DNA of 63,823 bases, filler included, from Octopus bimaculoides (taxonomy: Eukaryota), in NCBI RefSeq assembly GCF_001194135.2. It is 5 parts of 4 records of this genome, joined end to end, with 100 filler letters (N's around TTAATTAATTAA, not from the genome) between each part and the next. Parts side by side here need not be neighbours in the genome. Positions count along the whole stretch, not along the records: positions 31,490 to 42,458 come from NC_068995.1; positions 42,559 to 53,204 come from NC_068994.1; 3 more parts are not named here. One strand, written 5' to 3'. Below are positions 37,355 through 49,482 of the stretch, in pieces. The translations under genes were made by a program, and so were the position numbers. Numbering within the stretch: the first letter of the stretch is position 1; each line of letters opens with the position of its first letter. The notes under the pieces are model-generated. The model saw only the letters and a program-made list of their open reading frames with translations. It made no database searches and was not told where the DNA came from.

Positions 37355-37671
37355 CTCTCTGTCACTTTTTATACAATTGCACACTTTCTACGGGAATTTC
37401 ATTTCTTTCCTTTCTACTTCCAAATTTCCTTCAGAATCACGTCTTTTACTTCCAGACTTATTTATACCAAATTTTCATAGAAAATGCTCCACCCACCATA
37501 TATAATACTATACATATATATATGATAGGTGTTGGTATCCAGAAGACCCAAGATGTCAGGTAAGGCCATGTCAGTGCTACGTGAGGAGCGTAGTTAAACT
37601 CTCCGTTCGATAATAATACAAGTAGGGAGTCTGATGCGGGTCTTCTGTGAGAATGTTGTCTCATTTAATTT

Positions 37672-37714
<43 letters not shown>

Positions 37715-38330
37715 GGATAATATAATATTATATAACATTATAATATATTATAAACAAAACTAAATTCTGGTTTGGTGTCGGCAAGTAAGGCGAAACTTTG
37801 AAGACAATGTCAATTTTTTCTTCATAAAATGTAATGAATAATTGAATGCTCCTTTAATTATATATATACATGTATGTNNNNNNNNNNNNNNNNNNNNNNN
37901 NNNNNNNNNNNNNNNNNNNNNNNNNNNNNNNNNNNNNNNNNNNNNNNNNNNNNNNNNNNNNNNNNNNNNNNNNNNNNNNNNNNNNNNNNNNNNNNNNNNN
38001 NNNNNNNNNNNNNNNNNNNNNNNNNNNNNNNNNNNNNNNNNNNNNNNNNNNNNNNNNNNNNNNNNNNNNNNNNNNNNNNNNNNNNNNNNNNNNNNNNNNN
38101 NNNNNNNNNNNNNNNNNNNNNNTATATATATATATATATATATATGTATATACATGCATATGCTTTAACGTACTTGAATATATCATATTTCATGTCTTGT
38201 TTGATGTATGTGTAAGTATGTTTGGGTTGGTTTGTTTTATTGTTACCCTTGCGGCGAACAAGCATATCATCATCCTAATTGTTATCATCATCGTTGTTAT
38301 TTTTGCAATCGCCAACACCATCATCAGCGC

Positions 38331-38345
38331 CATTATTATTATTAC

Positions 38346-38415
<70 letters not shown>

Positions 38416-38419
38416 TTTG

Positions 38420-38484
<65 letters not shown>

Positions 38485-38485
38485 G

Positions 38486-38526
<41 letters not shown>

Positions 38527-38548
38527 GTTTTTTTTATTATTATTATTG

Positions 38549-38601
<53 letters not shown>

Positions 38602-38602
38602 T
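38331..38602. repeat. Long interrupted (TAT)n microsatellite
   Basis: Direct reading; GTTTTT interruptions. Confidence 0.95.
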
Positions 38603-39519
38603 AAATAATTGTATTAGATGCCAGCGGAGGAAGACGAGTGTAACGAGTCTCGCGTATTTCTGTTTGGAAGAGTGATTTGAAGTATAATTATATAGAAAAT
38701 TTTGGCAGAGAATACAAGAAAGTCATCGGAGACACAAAAGAAGTGCTGTTAATCATTTGCCGCCCCTGGTAAAGGACAAAATATTTCTTTTCGTTTGAAC
38801 GATTTTGGTTTACTAGTAACCGTTAATATATCATAGCAGCATAGAATGACAGAATGATGTAGGTGGAAAACGGAGAGCGAATGCACTGAAGAGAATTGCA
38901 TGAACAGGAGAATGATGTGGACAGTAGGTTTTTAATAAGAATTTTTTTTCCCAAACACCAGTGTTTATCTATTGTACTGACAAGCAGGAGGGACCTCGGA
39001 AATACAACAGCAGCAACAAACAAATGAGTAAACGAATAGAGTGTATAGTAATATATATGATGCCGTATATGCTTAAGTACTACTTACAGTAGAGATAAAC
39101 ACAGCGTAGTTAGAACATTATGCATAATGTCGAGAAGAAAATAACATTGAACGAGGCTCTGTATGGTCACTTACACTTTTAGAAATAGCAACGAAATCTT
39201 CTTATAGTTAATTCTTGTAATGTTAAGTAAGCTAAAAATACAGAAACATTATATAACATAATGCTACATACAGCTGAAACAAGGGGAGATGACGACGACA
39301 AAAGGATCGAATTTGATCAGAGGTTTCGTCGACAAAGGATCACCTGGAGCTAAATATCAATATAAACTAAAACAATGACAGCAGGAGTCATACATGAGGG
39401 TTATAACTTGTAATTCTTACTATTAAAAGTAGAAGTTTTACATTCGTCGTATCATACACGGTACTGTTATGGAAAAAGGGAAGGAGACGTGAGATAATCT
39501 AATCGCACATACACAGTCT

Positions 39520-39735
39520 GAAGAATAAAATTGGATAATAGACTTCTTGATACAGTATATCTAAAGAATAAATTCGATAATGCAGTCTCAGAACATTGAC
39601 ACAAGCATAAATTAGATAATGTAGTCCATGATACACTTTGTCTCAAGCATAAATGCGTTAACGCAGTCCTTCATAGATTGCGTCTGAAATATAAATTGGA
39701 TAATAGAGTCCTACATGCACCCTCGAATAATAAAT
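39520..39735. repeat. 42/39-bp minisatellite, five diverged units
   Basis: Consensus approximately ATAAATTGGATAATGTAGTCCTTGATACACTTTGTCTCAAGC. Confidence 0.7.
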
Positions 39736-39774
39736 AAACCACTGAAACAGCGTGTATGTGGATTAACTGCGGAT

Positions 39775-40125
39775 AAGTCTTTGTCTTGTCACTTTTCTCA
39801 TTAGAGTGTGGCGATGCTGGAGCATCACCTTGAAGAATATTTAGTAGAATGGATCGATCTCAGTAAGTTTTTTTGTTTCTTTTCTTTTGTTAAGCCTGGT
39901 ACTTAGTCTATCGGGGTCTTTTACTGATCCGCTTAGTTACATACATATATACATACATACATACAAACATACATACATACATACATACATACATACATGC
40001 ATGTGTTACTTTCAGTTTACGTCTACCAAATTCAGTTACAAGACTTTGGTCGGCCCGAGACACTTGCCCAATGTGCTACGCAGCGGGACTGAACCCGAAA
40101 CCATGTGGTTGGGAAGCAAGCTTCG
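39775..40125 (-). mobile_element. SINE family A
   Basis: Plus strand GCGATGCTGGAGCATCACC ... GGGACTGAACCCGAAACCATGTGGTTGGGAAGCAAGCTT. Confidence 0.8.
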
Positions 40126-40554
40126 AAGCCCAAAGTATCGTTGTTGTAATTTACTTATTCTTGAAGCACAGTTGTCTTTCTTTTGAAATATTCTGAAATA
40201 GCATGGGCTTCGTATATTCTTACTGAAAACGGGCTCAAATGATAAGAATGTTCAGCTCAGCTACATCAATTCCTAAACTGGAAAGTAAGTTGTTTGCTGA
40301 AGCAAGCACTTCATTTTATATTGCTCATGTCTACTCAGCTATGCTGAGTACAAGACAGAATACTGAGATTGCTTTCTCTCCGTCCAGCTGTTACTTACTA
40401 AATAGTCCACTGGGACAAGTTTTAGGGTCGTGAAGGTATTTATGTCTACTCACTGATACGCAGTCATATGCGCCGAAATCAATTAGCGAAAGCATAGCAC
40501 ATGTTTCCATGTCCAACTTGCTCGCGAGTGGCGGCTAGTTGTTCTATATTATAT

Positions 40555-40710
40555 CTCACAGATAAACTAGATACTGTACTTCTTGTTTCATGAAGATGAA
40601 TTGGATAATGTAGTTCTTGATACACTTCGCAAGATAAATTTAATAATAACGTCTTTGATGCCGTGTGTCTGTTGCATAATTGGAATAATGCGCTCTTAAA
40701 CACACTATAA
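40555..40710. repeat. Second cluster of the 42-bp minisatellite
   Basis: GAATTGGATAATGTAGTTCTTGATACACTT at about 40598-40627 with flanking diverged units. Confidence 0.55.
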
Positions 40711-40729
40711 AATATCTAAAGTACTAACA

Positions 40730-40774
<45 letters not shown>

Positions 40775-40784
40775 NNNNNNNNNN

Positions 40785-40827
<43 letters not shown>

Positions 40828-42458
40828 ATCACTTCTGAATCAGTTTACATTCGTTGGTTTGATAAACATGCTTTTAAATGAGTAAATAACAGACAGGATC
40901 TATTTACACAGTCAGGGTAAATGTATGTTTATTTAACATGCACATGAAAACCTATTCCCAATGCAAAGATACACTATGAGTGAAGAATAAATTGGGTAAA
41001 TTCTATAATGAAATTCTTGGTGCACTTTGATTGATTAAAAGAAGATATAAACCAGATGTAAAACACCTTTAATGTCATGTCTGCTTGATGGATAACTGAC
41101 ATTGGGAATAACAATAATAGCAATATCTACATTATTAATACTACTACTGCAGCTGCCTCTGATATATAAGCTTCTCTGATAGGAATAGAGGCCGTTTTCT
41201 TTCAAATTATCTCCTTCTATCGTATTTAAAGGAAGTTCATTGGAAAACTTCAAAAGCGACGTTGGGTGTTTACGGTTGGAATAAGTTTGATTACGGGTCA
41301 CCATATTTTTTAGTCATCTGATCTATAACAAATAGCATTTCTACCGCTTATGACACCCAACCGAGTTCATCAAGGGAAAGATATGTTCGACAGTTTAGTA
41401 TCTGATACTTTATTTTATACTTCGAATGGCCGAGTTTATATGGTTTCTTTGAGCGTGGTCTCTGATTGATTTGTATCCTGTATTCAGCATTTTGATAAAT
41501 CCACAGCCGGATCTGTGAAATAAAAAGCAATCTAATCAACCGACATTTCATTATAGTAGGAACGATGAAGATGCCACTGCTCTGAGCTAACCCTACGTGG
41601 CCGGAAACTACTGCGAAAGACTTACCTCTCAGTTATTTAATTTTAGGGAAATGATGCACAAATATTTTTCACGAATGGTATTTAGTCAAGTAGGGGTGAA
41701 ATGGTAGTGTTGGACATGAATTTATGAAGAGTATTCTGTTTATAGTGGGTATGATATACTGCACTATAGAATGTATGTATAAAGCTTAGCCAGCAACAGG
41801 TGTACAAAATATCATTCTCTATATATTGCCTTCTTGGACAGAAAAATATCATACATATTTAACTCAACTTCTGTTGTATTAAATATGCATGCTATTTGAT
41901 GATGTAGTTAAAATATTGTTTATATTGTATGTGTGTACTATTCAGAAATAATTTTGTTTCTTGAGCTGAAGGTCTAAATTGAATTCGTAGACCTTTCACA
42001 ATGGTCTCCAACGAAAGGCAATGATACGGCGATTATATATTTGTAATAAATATTGGAAACTAATCAATGACACTCGTCCCTACTCAGTGATGTAACAGTA
42101 TATGTCTTACAAATGAATACTCAATAATTACATATAAGTGTACTGACTGAAAACATTAAAATACATTTGCATATGAGTCAAACAAAATGCGTTCTGAGAC
42201 GTTATACAACACTTGACATAATGGTAATCTGTTCCATAAACTTTCTCACTTGCTTTTCGTCTCTCTTTCCTTTTTAGAAAATATTCCATTTCTTCTTTTG
42301 CGTCGCAGACTATGGTGCATGATGAATAATGCCAATTAAGCTTAAATGTGGCAGTTAATTCATTTCTAGTTTGATTAATGGGGTTCAAATTTTCGTTGTC
42401 AATATTGGAATCGATGTAGAGCATCACTGGGTGTATAGTACTATATATATATATATAT

Positions 42459-42558
42459 NNNNNNNNNNNNNNNNNNNNNNNNNNNNNNNNNNNNNNNNNN
42501 NNTTAATTAATTAANNNNNNNNNNNNNNNNNNNNNNNNNNNNNNNNNNNNNNNNNNNN
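42459..42558. other. Artificial scaffold linker
   Basis: 44N + TTAATTAATTAA (42503-42514) + 44N. Confidence 0.95.
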
Positions 42559-42597
<39 letters not shown>

Positions 42598-42844
42598 GTA
42601 TATGTGTGTGTGTGTATGTATATGTGCATACATACATACATACATAAATACATACATGCACGTATATAGATATGCATAAGTACACACAGTTACACGCACA
42701 CACACACTCATCACATACATGTACATGATCGTGAGTGTAGCATATTTAATAACGTATTTATGATGGTGGGTGTTTATGTAAAGGAAAGTAAAATGGTTTC
42801 CTTTAACGTTTTAATGTTTTCGCCTATATACACAGTACAATGAG

Positions 42845-43196
42845 AATGTGGCTGTGTGGGAAAATGCTTGCTTCCCTACCACATGTTTCCGGGTTCAGTC
42901 CCTATACGTGGACCCATGGGCAAATGTCTTCTACCAAAGTATATGGGTCGACCAAAGCCTTGTGATTGGGTTTGGTAGACGGAAACTGAAAGAAGCCCGT
43001 CATATATATATTATATATATATGTGTGTGTATGCGTGTGCATGTGTGTCTGTGTGTTTGTACTCTCCATCACAGCTGGACAACCGGTGTTGGTGTGTTTA
43101 CAAAGTCGTAACTTAGCGGTTCGGCAAACGAATTCGATTGAGTAAGTACCTGACGTTAAAAAAAAAGTACTGGGGTCGATTCGTTCAACTAAAAAA
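42845..43196 (+). mobile_element. SINE family A, 3' end missing where the Tx1 fragment begins
   Basis: Co-linear with other A copies up to GGGGTCGATTCGTTCAACTAAA. Confidence 0.85.
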
Positions 43197-43530
43197 ATCT
43201 CTTGCCGAGAGTCGTGGCAGGCTATGCATGTAGGCACTACAGTCCATTCTGAGTTCTGACCCACCAGTTGTCTCGAATAGTCGGGCAAAGTGTCGTTGAA
43301 AAGCCTCACACATCCTTTGAGGCTCGAGTTATTCGCGCCCTCGCTCATCTGTCAAAGACCTAATGGTGGCTTTGTTGACTCGTTGCGCCTCCGCCACTGG
43401 GGCCTCTCGGGCGGGTCCAACTCCTTCCTTCCTCAGAGCACGCATCCTAGCTCTGACACTCTGATCTCATGTGTCTATTCCCACCCTGCCCGAGGTGTCC
43501 GTGATCTTTCCATAGGCCTTTCTTCCCACG
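43197..43530 (-). mobile_element. L1/Tx1-clade ORF2 fragment (EN-RT linker), GC-rich
   Basis: The minus frame reads VRARMRALRKEG...ATIRSLTDERGRE*LEPQRMCEAFQRHFARLF...SAYMHSLPRLSARD, like the Tx1/L1 linker preceding the RT. Confidence 0.72.
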
Positions 43531-43535
43531 GATAA

Positions 43536-43719
43536 ACCTAATCTTCCTTTTTACATTTTAAATATTTTCTTTGATACACGATCCCATTTGATCGGTTTGT
43601 CTTCACGATCCCTTTTGATCGGAGTTTTATTTTTCTCCTTTTTTCTATTTCCAAAAAGAAAAGCTCTACATTGTATTTTGTCCCCTCTGTGTTCGGCCCT
43701 GTGTGGCTAATAAAGAAAC

Positions 43720-43720
<1 letters not shown>
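43536..43720 (+). mobile_element. Probable non-LTR (Tx1-like) 3' UTR with AATAAA
   Basis: T-rich; ends GCCCTGTGTGGCTAATAAAGAAA then (TATC)n; same terminus at 59947-59970. Confidence 0.5.
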
Positions 43721-43785
<65 letters not shown>

Positions 43786-44159
43786 GTCTACGTATATATA
43801 GGTATATACATACATATATATGTATATACATAAACATACAGACATACGTAATTACATGCACACATACATACACACACTTACACACACATATCTCTCTATC
43901 TATATACCTATCTATACACACACACATATACACACATACACACGCACTATCCTTTTTACAGAAACATAACCAGTTTTATAAAGAATTTGACGACAAGGCG
44001 AAACTTGGAATTTACGGTCAATAAATATAATGAGATAATTAAACTCTAACATTTGCTGAGTTTAGAGTTTTTTTTTTATTTAATCACCACAGATTTCATA
44101 ATTTTGCTATTTTTATAAAAACCCGATTTAAAACTTGTTTGTGTGTAAGTAAATAATTG

Positions 44160-44247
<88 letters not shown>

Positions 44248-44346
44248 NNNNNNNNNNNNNNNNNNNNNNNNNNNNNNNNNNNNNNNNNNNNNNNNNNNNN
44301 NNNNNNNNNNNNNNNNNNNNNNNNNNNNNNNNNNNNNNNNNNNNNN

Positions 44347-44392
<46 letters not shown>

Positions 44393-44936
44393 GATGTATA
44401 TATATATGTATATATATATATATATATATATAATGTATATATAAATCATAAAAAATATATGTGTGTGTGTATGTGTGTGTTTGGGTGTATTTGTGTTTGT
44501 GTGTGTTTCTGTGCATATGTGTAAGTATAGAGAGCACACTTTAAGTGTGTATATGTGTATATCGCTGTGTGTCTGTGCTTTGGAATGCATATGCGTGTTT
44601 GTTAAATGCAAATGTCTATACGAGTGGGTGTTAAAAAAAATGACTAAGTTTTTTTGTCTCGACTTTGGCAATTTCCTCGCCGTCCATTGTTCATAGTAGA
44701 TCAAAAAATGGTTTCTGCCGGGCGAGCCTACTTTATTATTTGATAAAGGTAAATAAAGGTTATTGTGTAAAGTTCCTTTAAAAATATCAGGAAATTAAAT
44801 TCTTTTTTGTTCTTTTATCATTGTAAGGATGTTTACGTGAAAGAATAAAGTAATAATATATATCGGGTTATGTGTATGTATATGTATGTGTGTGTATACA
44901 TAAATGAGCATAAACATACATATATATATGTATGCA

Positions 44937-44971
<35 letters not shown>

Positions 44972-45552
44972 NNNNNNNNNNNNNNNNNNNNNNNNNNNNN
45001 NNNNNNNNNNNNNNNNNNNNNNNNNNNNNNNNNNNNNNNNNNNNNNNNNNNNNNNNNNNNNNNNNNNNNNNNNNNNNNNNNNNNNNNNNNNNNNNNNNNN
45101 NNNNNNNNNNNNNNNNNNNNNNNNNNNNNNNNNNNNNNNNNNNNNNNNNNNNNNNNNNNNNNNNNNNNNNNNNNNNNNNNNNNNNNNNNNNNNNNNNNNN
45201 NNNNNNNNNNNNNNNNNNNNNNNNNNNNNNNNNNNNNNNNNNNNNNNNNNNNNNNNNNNNNNNNNNNNNNNNNNNNNNNNNNNNNNNNNNNNNNNNNNNN
45301 NNNNNNNNNNNNNNNNNNNNNNNNNNNNNNNNNNNNNNNNNNNNNNNNNNNNNNNNNNNNNNNNNNNNNNNNNNNNNNNNNNNNNNNNNNNNNNNNNNNN
45401 NNNNNNNNNNNNNNNNNNNNNNNNNNNNNNNNNNNNNNNNNNNNNNNNNNNNNNNNNNNNNNNNNNNNNNNNNNNNNNNNNNNNNNNNNNNNNNNNNNNN
45501 NNNNNNNNNNNATATATATATATATATATATATACGCCTAATGAAAGCGTCA

Positions 45553-45620
45553 TAGAATTATCATCCATTTTTTGTCATATCTTACCTAGAATTATCATCC
45601 ATTTTTTGTCATATCTTACC
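45553..45620. repeat. Perfect 34-bp tandem duplication
   Basis: TAGAATTATCATCCATTTTTTGTCATATCTTACC x2. Confidence 0.95.
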
Positions 45621-46623
45621 TTGTACCCTCTCTGTTTGATATCTCAAGCCATTAAAAGAAATGATAATAAAAGCTAGGTAAGCATAATTTATTGAAAAGC
45701 ACATCAAAATCGCGCCCAGGTATATCAGATTTTTGTTAGCCGGCATGGGGGGCATCTCAGCTTGTCTACGTTCCGCTAAGTGAAATAAAAGCTAAATCAT
45801 TTAATGTAGTGAGCAGGATAACTTTTATTATTAATATATTCTCTAGCCATATCGAGAAGAGTTAATCGTTGTTGAACAATATCTATATGAACCAAACATA
45901 GATAAGGGTGATAACTCAGACCTCTTTTTCCCCCCACACAAATATGAGGTCTCAATTAATTAAAAGTTGTATCAGTGAATTCTGAGAGAGAAAAAATATT
46001 AAATGGACTGCGGAACATAACCGATTTTTTGGCACAAAATCGATTTTTTTTTCATTTCCTTCGCTTTCTTAGTAATGTTAGACGGAGATATTATTTCTGG
46101 AGAATACTTTCATGTTTGTTTGTTTGTTATATTAATTCTCTCCCTTTATTTCCCCAAACAACAGCTGCTTCCGATAACATAACTATGAAGAACTATGAAG
46201 TAGAAGATATGATGGATGAAGAAGGTTTAACATTTCATACATCTTAAAAATATAGACGATTTCTAACAAACCAAACCAAAACATAAATAAATAAGAAAAA
46301 AAACTTGAAATAAAAAAAAAAAATTTAACCTCCCATTTCTTCCTCCCACTGCAACAAAAACTCATTTTTACATCTAAAAACAGCAACAGAATGGAAGAAA
46401 GCAGAACATTCCATTAGCAAACATTAGCAACGATGAAAGAAGCTGTAATGAATGCAACTTATGCAGGTGCATCATCTATGAAAAATACTGAATTCGTAAT
46501 GAAAGATATTTTGGTTAATTCAATATTAGCAAATAGTTAATATAATTCAATTAAGGCTAGAATTGTCCACAGGAGCTTTTGCTCTGTGCTAGACGTATGA
46601 ATTCTACGCGAAAAATACAAGGC

Positions 46624-46673
<50 letters not shown>

Positions 46674-49420
46674 AACATACATGTATGCATGTATAATCCG
46701 GGGTTATGGCAAATAAAAAGAAAATTAATTTCGCTAAAAATTATGCATTGCATTTTATAAGGGAATAAATATTTTATTGAAAATAAGAGTAGCAGATATG
46801 ACTGGGTAAAAATATCATTTTGCTGGCGCAACATACCCACGTTCGAATTCTGTTATTGCTGCTGTGCTGTACCCGAGATAGATGACACTTTAAATGATCA
46901 CATTTCTATCTTGAAACGCCTGATTTCCATTTTGAGAGTAGAAATATTTCAATCCCGACACTGTTTGTAACTGGATCGTGCATCAAGCTGACCATAGACT
47001 TTCTGTATGGCAGAAGCATTTCTACCTTCTGGGTATATGAGTGGATTCATCACGGTCTACCGTCTTAGAAAAGAAAAAGAGAAAACACGTAGCATAATGT
47101 GGTTTGAAGTGAAGTGTGCCTAGGAAACAGACGAAATGATCGCTGTCAGAATGTCTATGATAATAGAGCTGTCCGATTAGTTTCGACCGAGACATCATGA
47201 AAAACATTAACAATAAACAACGCACGGGTTTACTTGCATCAAGTTGGCCTCTGTAACACTGTTATATTTACAAATGACAGTTTAATTGACCGTGGAAAGT
47301 TCTGGTTTTCAAAAGTGCTGAAGAAATTAAAGAACAACAAGGAAGACACAGCATGGCCATTCGCCACGCTAGAAATAGCTGCGGAACCTGCGGTAAATTA
47401 CATATTTACAAAAGGAACCTTGGCTCATGCAATCTTACAAAGATTATAGATAAAACGAGGAGTTGGTCACAGCTGGAATGCGATTATCCATTATTCTCAT
47501 TGATGAGGGCTGAATTATGACTAAAGAACAACAAATACAGCAACTACAGGAAAGAAAGCATTTAATGATTCTCCAACTGCAGAATGTCTTACAGGAACAA
47601 CAGTCAACGCCACAAGCAAATCCATTTCATCTGTGCACCGAAAATGAAGTTAATTCAGCTAATTAGCAAATTAGCCATTCAGCTAATTACCAAATATCAA
47701 AACATTACATGTACAATGAGGCACCTTCTATAGTGTTTTTCTTCCTGCTAGACATAGTAGCCAAAACTTTCAACCAAATGTCATAAGTAGAAAAAGTCAT
47801 GTTGGATACGTAATGTTAGATACGTAATGTTCAGAAGAAAGATATAATTATTACGGTTAGAACTCGTTTGATCGCAGATTTGTTCGATTAAGTTTGATAC
47901 GAGACTAAAAGAGGAAAACAATACAAACCACGAGCTAAACAGCCACACTGTATCTTCTTGCTGATTCTGCTATCGCTGCACCAACGAACTCTCAACCTCT
48001 ACTCCAGCTGACTGCATATCTACTCCGCCGAGACATACTTCTCGTTATTTCTACTGATACCTCATAAAGCATTTTCTCCAATGATTCCTTCTCGAGAGGA
48101 ATCGACTTCTTAGCCACGTTTTTCTGTCCTATAGGAATTTAGAGAAATTTAATTATCAGAAATATCCAACCGTTATCGATTTTATCGATCTTACAAAACC
48201 ATGAATAGTACTTTTCTTCGGACTAATTAAAGAAAATTACATGTACAGCTAATTCTCTTTAAACAAATAGAACAATGAATATCTAAGTGTTCCTATTACA
48301 ATTTAAAAAATTGCTGTAGGAATTTGTATTCCATAACGTCATTGAATAATTTTGCTTAGACCTGTTTTCAACGTATCCGTCATTTGTTCACTGTAGCTAA
48401 TCGTTGGTTAACTGCAATGTGATTTTCTAGTCTTCCGCGAATAAAGGTTGTTGAGTAATTGTTTCTTCTAACTACACCAATCCCTTATAACATTTTAAAA
48501 ATAATGTTATAATCGCAGCATTTAAATCATTTTAACGAGGGCCATTAATGGAGTAGATCATAAGTTACTAGCAGATGTCAGAATACGTTCAAAAGTTCAT
48601 GACCGAAGACACATGGATTTTAAATGATTGAATGAGATTATTTGGAGATAACCACCACATGATTCCATTGTTGCGGATAGAAGTAAAGGCAGAATTTTAA
48701 AATCGACGAAGATTTTATTAATTCAGAGATCTACGGTGGTGATCTAAATCGGAGATGTAATGATAGAAGCCTCAATTCTTTATGTTCTGAATTCAAGGTC
48801 AACTGTGCCTTTCAACTTTTCAGAGTCAATAAGATAAAGTACCAGTGAAATATTAGAGTCGGTGGTATAAAATATTCGCCCTGATTCGCTCAAGAGTGCA
48901 GGCTTTTTGCTTAAACCCGAAACAAATTAAGTCAGAGATTTTGGTTGCAAACGAAAACGCATCAATACATTCTCAAAACCTCACCAAATTTCCAGTTTTA
49001 AAGTGAGGTTTGCACTCTCATTCGAACACCTCATCAACCACTGTCAGGAAAATACTCAGAAATAGCAACGTAATAACTCCTGATGACACTCATTAAGGTT
49101 TTAAAACAGGTTGGAGAAATTCGAGAAAGTTATCTAGCCTAAACGAGAAATGCGGGGCATTCTTCGTCAGAACATTTTTTTCTATTATTATAGCTTTATT
49201 CGATCAATACTGAACTAGGTCTAAGCATGCACACGAAGAAAAGTAAAAACAACATCAATATCAACAGTAAATAGCTGTGGTTTTGACGTAATTTCTATTA
49301 AATGGTTTGGTGGTGGGTATTTACTGGGCGGCGAAAAACCAATTCCTTTTTTCTTTGAATCACTTACATCAATTTACACTACTTTCTTTACATCACTCTT
49401 GAGAAATGTACGAAAATGAC

Positions 49421-49482
<62 letters not shown>

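Noticed and set aside
46385-46560. Protein-like frames (ATMKEAVMNATYAG…; QQNGRKQNIPL…)
   Set aside because: Stops in every frame over the segment and no recognisable family.
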